Source: Perna viridis
Lineage: Eukaryota
NCBI GenBank assembly: GCA_037379345.1
Contig: CM074515.1
Location: 16,182,001 to 16,246,000, forward strand
Length of the DNA: 64,000 bases
Reading direction: 5' to 3'
This document shows positions 1-10,219 of the stretch, in pieces; position 1 is the first letter of the stretch; each line of letters starts with the position of its first letter. Under the pieces are notes generated by a model that worked only from the letters and a program-made list of their open reading frames with translations, made no database searches and was not told where the DNA came from. The translations under genes and the position numbers were made by a program.

Positions 1-221
1 TCTTTGATCAATTTATTCAGGTCATGGCAGAGAATTGATATGTAGTTCAAAATGTCTTTTTGTAGTGCTAGCCTTTAGCCACTAGCCAGAAGCCCAGGTC
101 TAGTAAAAATTGATTTGGGCTAGTGAAATGATGTGTACTTTTCTTGTTTCAAGCTAGTTGAATCCTATACCATCATCTATTATTTGGGCTAATCATGGAG
201 AATTTGAAAGAAAGGACTGAC

Positions 222-615
222 TTTTTTAGCTCACCTGGCCAAAGGCCATGTGAGCTATTGCCATCCCTTGGCGTCTGTCCTCATTAACAATTTCTTAAAA
301 CTCTTTTCCTCTGATACTACTTGACCAATTAGAACCAAACTTGGTATGAATGTTCCTTGGGGTGTCTTGCGTAGAACTGTGGTGGGGATTTTAGATCCTT
401 CGAAAAACATGGCTGCTGTTACTAAAAACAAAAAATAGGGGTCAGACAGTAGTTTTTCGCATATATCTCCAAAACCGTTAGGTTTAGCCAAATTCTTTGA
501 ATGGCTGAAATGATCCTTATTATTAGGACTACAAAAGTCTTAAGGCATAGAAGTTGTCAGACGACTCCTTGTAAGAGTTAACCAGGTGAGTGATTCAGGC
601 TTCTGGGAGCCTCTT
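222..615 (+). mobile_element. Helentron/HINE-like non-autonomous repeat (internally deleted copy) in the last CTDP1 intron
   Basis: Begins TTTTTTAGCTCACCTGGCC and ends CCAGGTGAGTGATTCAGGCTTCTGGGAGCCTCTT: subterminal inverted repeat GCTCACCTG/CAGGTGAG plus 3' stem-loop. Near-identical blocks recur at 33850-34563 (-) and 54282-55696 (+). Confidence 0.75.
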
Positions 616-711
616 ATCAATGATGTCAAGTGTTTTAAACTGTAATTGAACTACTCTTGTGGACTTCACCATAGCACTTTACAATAAATAGAAATATATA
701 TCTGATTTCAG

Positions 712-2551
712 AGCTCTTTTCCCATGTGGTGATAAGATGGTTGCTATTATTGATGACCGAGAAGATGTCTGGAACTTTGCCCCAAATCTAATCCATGTTA
801 AACCCTACAGGTTCTTCCAGGGAACAGCTGATATAAATGCTCCCCCTGGTCTTACTAAGACTGAACATGATCTAGAACCAGTTCACCATAGAGTCAGGAC
901 AATATCTAGGTCAAAGTCTGTTGAAAATGAGGCTGAGGACAAAGTCAGTGAGCAAGATGAGAAAGATGAATCTACCGAAATGAATAAAGAGGAAAACACA
1001 GTAACTAATGATGAGAATGAAGACAACAAACTTTCTGATGAAGTAGAAACAAAAAATACCAAATTTGGGAATAAAGTTGAGTTGGAAAATAAAGATTCAC
1101 AGTTAAAGCCCAACAATGAAGAACCTACAGAAAACATGGAAAAAGTTGACATGGTATCTGACAATAACAATAAAGATGGTCTAAGCAAAGATCTTTCTAC
1201 TGAGGATAACACTGAACCTAAAATATCTGATGATATCAATCAAAAAGAGAATAAAGATAAGTCTGATAACACAGATTCTGAGAAAAATGAGGAAGGTATG
1301 GATGTGGATGATAGGAAGGATGGTCAAGGAACCAACCCAGTTAATGATGAAAGAGATTGTAAGAATTCAAAAAATCCAGAAAGTGAGGGTACAGATCAGC
1401 AGAAAAGTGGTGAAAAAGATAAATCAAATAATAAGGAGTCAGAAGAGGATGTTGTGATTGAATGGGATGATGATGATGATTATTTATTGTATCTTGAGGA
1501 AATTCTTACAAGAATTCATAAAACATTCTTTGACTTTTATGATCAGATAAAAAATAAAAATGAACAGCAGGAAATGCCAGATCTTAAAGATATTATAACC
1601 TACATCAAAAAGAAAGTTCTTCAAGGTGTCAATATTGTGTTCAGTGGAGTTTTTCCAACAAATATAGACCCTGAGAAAAGTAGAGCTTATGTTGTAGCTA
1701 GAGCTCTTGGGGCTAACATTCATACAAACATCATTCCTAAAGGTGATGTAGAAAAAGGTAAAGCAACCACACATCTCATAGCAGCAAAACTTGGTACTAA
1801 CAAGGTCAAATTAGCTCAAAAGACAAGAGGAATTAAAATAGTAAATCCAAATTGGTTGTGGAATTGTGCTGAGAGATATGAGCATGTCGATGAGCGTTTG
1901 TTTCCTTTAGAAAAAGAAAATTCACGATCTGATACTGTGGATTCTCCTGATGTTACGCAGGAAAGATCAAGGAAAAGAAAATCAGACGAAACTGAATTAG
2001 ATTGTGTATCAGAAAAACGTTTGAGAAAGAATGATGGGGACCAAGGAACGTCCAACGATGAGGTATTAAAATCTGGTGCAAATGACAATATTCCTGGTCA
2101 TAGTGGACAAGACAGTGTTGACAATCCATTATTTTCTAGGACATACAATCCATTGTTAGCATTTTCTGATGATGATTTGGCTTGCATGGATAAAGAGGTT
2201 GAGGACATTATGGATGAGGATCCAGATGAAAATTCATCTGAAGATGATGACGAGAGGGATTCCAGGATGAGATCTCGTGTACTAAGTAGTGAAAGTGGTG
2301 AGTCATCGTCAGAAGACAGTTTATCAGGTGATTTACCAAGAGGTTGGAAAAGGAAATCAGGATCAAGTGATAGCCCTCATAGCTCAGATAAAGATGAAAT
2401 TAATGACCATGAAAATGAGAATGACCTTGACAAGTTCGAGAATATTGTGGAAGCTTTTGCTCCTGACACAGAATCTGATGACAATGATTCTATTGGTTCT
2501 ATGGATGATGAAATGGCTGCTGCTATAGACAAGGAGTTTTTAGGCATTTAA
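712..2551 (+). CDS. CTDP1: RNA polymerase II CTD phosphatase FCP1, terminal coding exon (upstream exons lie outside the window)
   Basis: Acceptor TTTCAG at 711, then ALFPCGDKMVAIIDDREDVW (FCPH C-terminal motif), an acidic insert, DDDDYLLYLEEIL, a BRCT domain (VLQGVNIVFSG...THLIAAKLGTNKV...VNPNWLWNC) and an acidic tail ending DDEMAAAIDKEFLGI; TAA at 2549-2551. Confidence 0.95.
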
Positions 2552-4644
2552 TTTTTTCGATAGGCCACATCATGCTCTTTCTAAATATTGATATTTTTTT
2601 TCATTTATAATGTAAAATTATAATTCATTGTAAGAGTAAGACCCTGTATGTCATATTTATCTGTTAACTTTGATTGAAACTTTGTTCTATAAATTCAAAA
2701 GCCTTTCAGTGGAAGTAGCAGATCTCGGGGAGGGTTTTTGGGATTAAAAACCTCTTTCAGTCAAAGAAATTTTGTTTTGCCTCTGAAAAAGGGGTTATTA
2801 GGTTCTATAAAGGTGACATGATGTGGCCTGATTTAAGCGTTCATTTCCTTATGTTATCAAGGCAGCTGTAGTTCTGCATATAGTACATCACAAGTGCTTC
2901 ACTAGTAGTGCTGGTCACACCATAAATGCCATTGGATCTTTTTTAAATGTAAACTGTTAAAAGAAGTACTGGTATTATGAATTTTTCTAACATTTTGATT
3001 GTTTTTTAGGGGATTTACTAATGTTAATTTTTCAAAATGACCAAACTTTGGACTTTTTGAATTGATTCTTTATTATTTCTATAGTGCTTAATTTAAATGG
3101 ATGTCATGCAACAGTTCAGTAAAAGAACTTAATAGTATGTTCATAGATGTAAGGGATGTAAAGTTGATCACTCTAGTCTATTAATACATTTACTGATAGA
3201 AATTAATTATTTGACGATGAATGGTGTTTATTGGTAAGTTGTTTTTCTCCATACTTCGATAATTCTCTTAAGATAATGGCCAACATAATTTTTATTTTAA
3301 GATATCAATTTATTATTTTTACTAAAATTGGTTTCAAGTATTATCAATTTATGATTAGTTAGGTCTGTAAGAAAAAAGATGATTGATGTTATGGTTTGTA
3401 TGTGACATTTACTTCTATTCTAATGAGTGAATGTACAATAATTGTGTTGAAATGTCAATTTAATTAGAAGAATACCTTTAATTATTGCAATTTTCAGATA
3501 TATTTGGCAGGAAATGACTTGACATTAAATTCAATAATCATCTTCATAAAAATGAAGTTACGTTGCAAAATGCTATAAAAAAAATGTCTGTACTTTTTTT
3601 TTGTTAAACAATGTATGAGTCATATTTCAAAATTGTTTAGATCAGCTGTTATGGTTTTCTTCACTACCCAATAATGTGCAAACTTTTCTTTTGAAATTTC
3701 ATTGAATAGTGTAACCTGTCAAATATGAAACCAATCTTAAATGTGGATCCCCCCCCCAAAAAAAAAAGAAAGAAAGAAAAAAAGAAAAGATCACTTGTAG
3801 GAGATTCATTAACATCATTTATGAGGTTGAAAGGGGTTTCAAATATACATCAGATTAATTTTGAGTAACCTTTGATGTGACCTTCATTGGTTTGTTGGAT
3901 CTTCTAGGAGTGGACTTGTGGTAAGATGATTTGTATTTATAAATTCAGATCTTGTGTCTGATATGAAAAAAAATGTTACCTTGTTAAACGATAATAGTAT
4001 ATAGTTTTAATGACTGGCAAAAAGCCTCATATTATACCCTGGTTATAGAAAACTTGGTTGTACTTTCAAACAGGCCTAGCTTCATTAATAACATTAAAAC
4101 TGTTGGAAGTGACTGATAGATTTTATACTGTAAAACATTTCATATTTAGTCACTTTATTCTTTTTTTTTATGTTTGTTTAATACTGTATTCTTTTGTTAC
4201 AATAATAAAGACTGTTGAGATATTGGTAGTATTTCCATTCTATTAGTGCCTTATAAAACAATTGTGATGTACCCCTGAAACCCAAATATTGGTAGTGTTT
4301 CAAGGCTATTAATGCCTTAGATAACAATAGAGATGTACCTGTAAAACCTGAATATAACAAGTTTCGTGCCATTCTTCTTGTTTCCATAGATAGGAATTGA
4401 TTGCAGAGTTCTTTGATTAGCACCCTTAAAGCAGAACTGTTTTCGCTTTCAATTGAATTTCAAATTTTGTGCTATATTGTGTCCAAAACAGTTGTTATGT
4501 CCAAAATTAACTGTAAGATCCTATGTTTAAGTGTGTCAGAAACTAATATTGTGTTCACACTTGTCTCAAGTGAACAGAGTTCAAAATGCTGTGATCATAT
4601 CATGCTGCACTTTGTGAAGCTCTTTATTTGCTTTTATGTTTATG

Positions 4645-4980
4645 GCGACAATCCCTTCAGCACCTGCGTATGGAGTTTTCATATCACAACTCGTACGTTG
4701 CCAGAGCTTGCCGTAAATACCCAGGCTTTGTATTTGTTCAGTGTCATAGTTTTCCTTTTTGTGAGCAACTGTGTGTTTCTAGAAAAGCAATCGACGCTTA
4801 CCATACCTGTTCACCCAGTTTTTAGTGGAGTTCGAGTTGCTCATTTACTTTTGTTATTTTTACTGTTTATTTTAGTTACTTTATGTTCTTGGTTGTGTAG
4901 TCTACCATGTCTGTTTCTGTCCCTCGATTACATTCTTTTGGTTTCCGCTAGAATCTTGGTTCCCTTGATTACTCTTTCAT
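4645..4980 (+). mobile_element. Penelope-like (Naiad-type) retroelement 3' remnant
   Basis: ATCCCTTCAGCACCTGCGTATGGAGTTTTCATATCACAACTCGTACGT translates to IPSAPAYGVFISQLVR (PLE RT thumb motif), followed by a 3'-end-like sequence GACGCTTACC...GTTCACCCAGTTTTTAGTGGAGTTCGAGTTGCTC. Confidence 0.65.
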
Positions 4981-5759
4981 AGGATTTTTCTTGATTTTTC
5001 GCGAGTCCACCCCCCCCCCCCCCATTTCCTTCACCACTTTGATCGGCCTTTAATTATTTCTATTTACCCTCCCCTAACGTGAAATCCTGGATGCGCCTTT
5101 TATCAAGTTGTGATGTCCAAACTTCAGTGTAAAAAAATGACATCGATAGCTGATCCTTTCTCCCTTTATATTGATGTTGTTAGTCTATTTTATCATTCGA
5201 AAAGACAACTTCTAGTTAATGAGATAACTTAGTCATCAATGCAGAAAATATAGCACAAATGAGTTTAGTATACCTATTTCTGGTTTTGTCGAAAACTACA
5301 TTTAAAGCAGACACTTGCTTGTATGTGTGTTTCTTTTTTTTTCATTTACGGTGGTATTTCATTTTGTTCCATTTTATTTTCGTCAGTTCATTTCTATTCG
5401 TTTCAATTTTTGTTCCTTGTTTTTATTTTGTAGTTAGCCGTAAAATCTTGCTTGTACATCATATTTTTTTCTTGTCCACTAACACCAATCAGTTAATAAA
5501 TGTTTTATAAAAAGATTGATTTGCCTAAAGTGGGTTACTGACATAAAATTTGACCAGTATAAAGATAGTATTCTACAATAAGGCATTGACCATTTATCAT
5601 GAGACTACAATATCCAAATTCAGATATGAGCCCTATGTTATTACCATTGGCCTAACGTCGTCGAAGACCGAGATGTAATGTTTAAAAAAAAAAAAGACCT
5701 AAATATCGTCCACCTTCAAAATATACTGGGCAGACTCTCGACGGGTCAAACATGACGCT

Positions 5760-6295
5760 CTTTTATTTTCTTGTAAAGAGTGGTGCAAGCTAGAAAAAGC
5801 CGATAAAAATCTCGTGATGCTTTCCTCGATAAATGTAAAAACATTGTAAATATTCAAATTCTCACCCGGAAAACAACTTAGAAATTAACCCAATCCATAA
5901 TCAAGAATTAAAACTTCAAGTATGATGTTCGTCTTTGCACCGATAAACAAAGCAGCCAATAATGTAGTAGTGGTGTGACGTAGATACTATATAGATGTAA
6001 ATTTAAAAGAATGAAATTTTGAATTCTTCTACATTTCAAGCCATGCACTCAACAGAGAGTCAGATAGTAAACAAGTTATAGTACTGGCACAGATAAGCTA
6101 AAGGCCCCCAATGAACATTTTCAAGTCCCTACCATGTATTGTTTACCTAAATTACACAAGAATCCCTCCGAATTCCGTTTCATTTAAGCGTTTCTGTCCT
6201 TTTAACCAGTGCTCATACTAAATTAAAGGAACTAATGAATAATTACAATAAGGCATATTTACATGATGGTGTTCACTATTTTTGGAGTGTGAAAA
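5760..6295 (+). mobile_element. Penelope-like (Naiad-type) RT N-terminal fragment, degenerate
   Basis: Frameshifted motifs PINKAANNVVVV*RRYYIDV (5940-5999), TMYCLPKLHKNPSEFRFI (~6131-6184) and HYFWSVK (~6274-6294). Boundaries approximate. Confidence 0.75.
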
Positions 6296-7225
6296 TGGCG
6301 TATCGATAAAACGGATCAAATAAGAGTAACAACAAATTACCCAGCACCAATCCGATCCATTATCACGTCAAGTCCAAAATAAATATGACAAAATAGATAT
6401 TACATCACTGGAGCAGCTGGTACCGCTGAATCTGTTTTACAGCGCCAAACCTTTCTCTTCTATTGCGGCTTGAATAGACCGCTCCCGATTAAACATTCGT
6501 ATGCTATAGTGTCATAATCGGTAATTCAGTGGTCATATCAGTAAAAAGAATAATTTACAAAAGGCTATCACAACTCATTGTTTTGGAAGAAACTGAGTAT
6601 TTTTCAACCAAAGACTGATATCTGAAAAAGACTCTGATAATAGAATGTCCTCATATTCCTGATTCAGGAATCTTTTACGCAGATATTTTAATATGGCGTT
6701 CAAGGAACCCAGAGAGTTAGTACTTGCTATAGCGTAGCGAAAATTATGAAATATGAACTCCATATACAGGAGTTGAAGGTATATTGATGCACAGGTAAGG
6801 AAAATTGATAATTTTTTAAACTAAAGTCTTCTCTTTTATCATAAATCTTAGTACAGAGATGACCACTGTTGTCGAATTTGAGATGTAGGTCCAAAAAAGA
6901 TGCTGGACAATCATTTCCAGAGATACATGTAGTCTTCTTTACCGCAAGCTTAAGCTCTGATGGATATATTGAAGGTAACCATTTCCCAAAAGAATTATTT
7001 TAAGGTTGTTACTGATGGACAATACATCATCAATATATCTGTGTGTGAAATTAAAAGGATTTCGCATTTCTTATATTTTCATTCTTTACGAAATTCTGAA
7101 GTAACTCAGTCTCGTATGAATACAAAAAACAAGTCGGTTAGGAGAGGAGCACAATAAATACCCATGGGAATGCCAACTTGTTGCTTAAAAATAGCTCCTG
7201 CAAAAGTGACAAATGTGTTATCAAC
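6296..7225 (-). mobile_element. Penelope-like (Naiad-type) RT core, thumb and 3' region; 5'-truncated and degenerate
   Basis: Minus strand reads VDNTFVTFAGAIFKQQVGIPMGIYCAPLLTDLF (~7225-7125), NFTHRYIDDVLSI (~7052-7014, YIDD catalytic motif) and NIPSTPVYGVHIS (~6785-6748). Confidence 0.85.
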
Positions 7226-7306
7226 ATGGAATGAGATAGCAGAACACCGAATTGATGCACTCGAACACCTTCTATTTCATTGTATGCATTTCAATGAGTT
7301 CTTTAA
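7226..7306 (-). repeat. 81-bp inverted duplicate of 7625-7772 lacking an internal 67-bp segment
   Basis: Its reverse complement equals 7625-7665 + 7733-7772 exactly, or 7625-7662 + 7730-7772 with one mismatch. Confidence 0.9.
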
Positions 7307-7549
7307 ATGAAAACACAATTATCAACTTTTAATAGTCAAATTTGGATGTTCCAGTTTTTGTGCTCCTTTTTTGTGGTCTCCTTATATTTTTAACAAATAC
7401 ATTTAAATTTAATTTTACGTAAGTGCACCTTAATAAATTGTAATGTAACAGATTTAGACATTATTATATAAGTACGTTTTCGTTACTGATTATATATTTC
7501 ACTTTTTTTTTTTTTTGGTTTTTAGTAAAACTTTCATTTTTAAAATTGA

Positions 7550-7570
7550 TTTCCGCTTCCGGAACGCTAA
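7550..7570 (+). promoter_or_regulatory. Putative SF3B3 core promoter with an ETS-type CTTCCGG motif
   Basis: TTCCGCTTCCGGAACGC at the switch from very AT-rich to CpG-containing sequence. Candidate 5'UTR donors at 7663 (AAG|GTGAAT) and 7911 (ACA|GTAAGT); acceptor at 10211, just before the ATG at 10220. TSS not verifiable from sequence. Confidence 0.4.
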
Positions 7571-10219
7571 TGGAGCGAAATTAGCCGGCTTGTTTTGTAC
7601 ACAAACTATCTGCCTGCATCTGCATTAAAGAACTCATTGAAATGCATACAATGAAATAGAAGGTGAATCAGATGTGTCTTAGCTAAAAAAAATGTCACTT
7701 TTGTCATGTATGAAAATTCTGAACCGTAGGAGTTCGAGTGCATCAATTCGGTGTTCTGCTATCTCATTCCATTCCCGATCTCCTAGTTTCGATTTAAGTG
7801 AACAAATTACTGTCACCAGTTCATTGCTATATTATAAACGCAGTTAAACGGGTGTTGGCCATTGTCCCATAATGTTAGCTGAATGCATTAGTGTTTTCAT
7901 TTGTTCAACAGTAAGTCTAAAAGAACTGCTTGCTAGTTAATAATTAACTGTTCATTCTAGAGTTTTATTCTAGAACATCTACCTGGTAATACTAAATTTA
8001 ATGAATGTATTAATGATATAGGCTGTAGATTTATGTAGAGAGACATCATATGGTGAAAAGTCATGTGGTGGTAGTTGCAACTTGTGTGAATCTATCGTGG
8101 GACCTTTTGTTGTATAGTTGGTGCTCTAACTGACTAAGAGTTCACTCACAGCATAGCAGTTTAAGGCTGGCGATGTACTTAACCAATTTCAGTGCACCCC
8201 TCCCAATTTTTTTTTTTTGAGGCACAGTTACCACCAGGGACCCTTGAAACATACAGGTTCTCCACTGTTACTGCCAAGCCCGTAACTCAACTTGGAACTC
8301 TTCTGGCTAAAACACCATGCACCCTGTGCAACTTAGTGACCATGACCTCTTATGAATCCTAGATTTAAATTTCCTGCTACAATAGAGTTGCTTGCAGCAC
8401 CATTATTGTGACGTCGTTCAATGGTAGCTATGCGAATTAACTCCCTAGTGCAGCTGATTAAGACTGGCTGTATACATGACCAATTTCACTACAGTTATTA
8501 TCCACGAGTTGAAAGGTCACTTTGCTCTAAATGACCCCAGGTTTGTCTGAATAACCGGGATTGGGAAGGCAATGGATTATGGGTCATTTGCCCATTCTGT
8601 CTATAAATGATCCATCTAAAAGAAAATTAGACATATTCTAAGCAATCGGCCCTTTCACAAAATTTCCTTCCAAACCACTGGAATAACCTTTTGATATCAG
8701 AGAAACAATGTAATTTTACTTTGAGATATCAGTTATCTTTTTTTATTTGACTGATTGTTCAGAATCAAAAGAATTTATTATTTACATCAATGGCACCTGC
8801 AAATTGTGGGGGGATGGCAAACCGACTTAAAAAAATCACAAGACCAGACATACCCTTCATTACCCACTTTCTTCATTGGTAAATAAAATACAAATTCGAG
8901 GGAATCTGTGTGTTTAGTTGAAGGAATAAATTTTTTTCTACAAGAAAAAACTTGCAATAAATTGAACAACCCATTTACAATCCTACTGTCCATTGAAATA
9001 CCCTAGATATCTTAGAAATTGAAACCTCCCATGCTTTACAGGAACAGAAACATAATTGGATCACATGACTTATTTATTAAAAAATTTGATCTTTCCAAAA
9101 TTTTGAGGTGGACATACGAGTTAAGCTAAGATAAAAAAGAAATAGAACACAATTTGACCAGTTTAAATAATAAATTTAACTTGGGTCAGGCTTACTTTCA
9201 TTACTGAACTGGAGCATGTCCTGTGTGCAACAGAAAGAGCTAAAAATAATTAAAAAAATTTTTTATAGAAAACCTATGATATAAAAAATAGACAGCAGTT
9301 TTGCCTCTAATGGTTAAAACTTGAATTTTTAAGTACAAAAAGGCAAATTAATCATATATACACTGTAAATAGTGTTCATACACATTTGTATTATTTTAAT
9401 ACGTACAATGTATTCTTAGATTCATTTTGATACAGGACACTGTCAAAACACACACAAGTTGCTTGCCATGCATATGTCTAGGTTCATTGTGTTTTGGGTT
9501 GTTGATATAGAATGGTGACCATTACACCTGGAGAAAAAGTATTATTTGAATTCAGAATTATTTTTCGATTTAAGGAAATGAGTAAAATGATAATTTATAC
9601 TTACTCCTACTATGTGGGTAAGTACTATTAACTGGTAATTCAAATAATAACCTGTTTGAAAATGGTAAGGGAGACTTGATCCAGGATTTGAAGTCGTAGA
9701 AAGCACGGAAATATTATTAGTGATGAATGTAATCTTTCAAGGATGTACGTTGACATTGTTATTAAGAAAAAGTAGAAAAACTGGAAATCTGTCTCATTTG
9801 CATAAGGTTCAGAGATGTCTGGAATTTTCTCAAACTGGGTCAATGACCAATTCTTGTGACATGAAATGGATGATTTCAAATAAGATAATGGGCCAATAAT
9901 ATGAATAATGCATTATTTTACAAAAGGAATGGGCCTCCCTATCGTTATGGGCCATTTTAGGGTCAATGGCCCATGACCCCTTCCCAAAGGAATCCATGGT
10001 GTTTCTAGTTGAGAACTTGATAACTCATTTTGACCTTAGTTTATGTAAGATACATTAGATATGATTTGTAATTGGCATCTTCCCTTTTCCTAAAACATTT
10101 TCTTTTATACTGTAACACTATTTAGTGTGACCTATTAAATTCTTCATCAATACTTAAATTATTTTACTTTTTATTGTTAAATTTATTTTATTTTACTTGG
10201 TTCTATTTCAGTTTCTAAA

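Noticed and set aside
255-491. Short ORF-track peptides shared with 33868-34323
   Set aside because: Translations of a non-coding dispersed repeat, not genes.
883-2528. Antisense and alternative-frame ORFs over CTDP1, and likewise over SF3B3 and HSPA12
   Set aside because: Shadows of low-complexity or real coding sequence with no independent motif.
6296-6570. SECIS or hammerhead ribozyme in the Penelope-like 3' region (minus strand)
   Set aside because: ATGA-containing hairpins exist, but spacing and the 3' GA quartet do not fit a SECIS, and no intact CUGANGA...GAAA core is visible.
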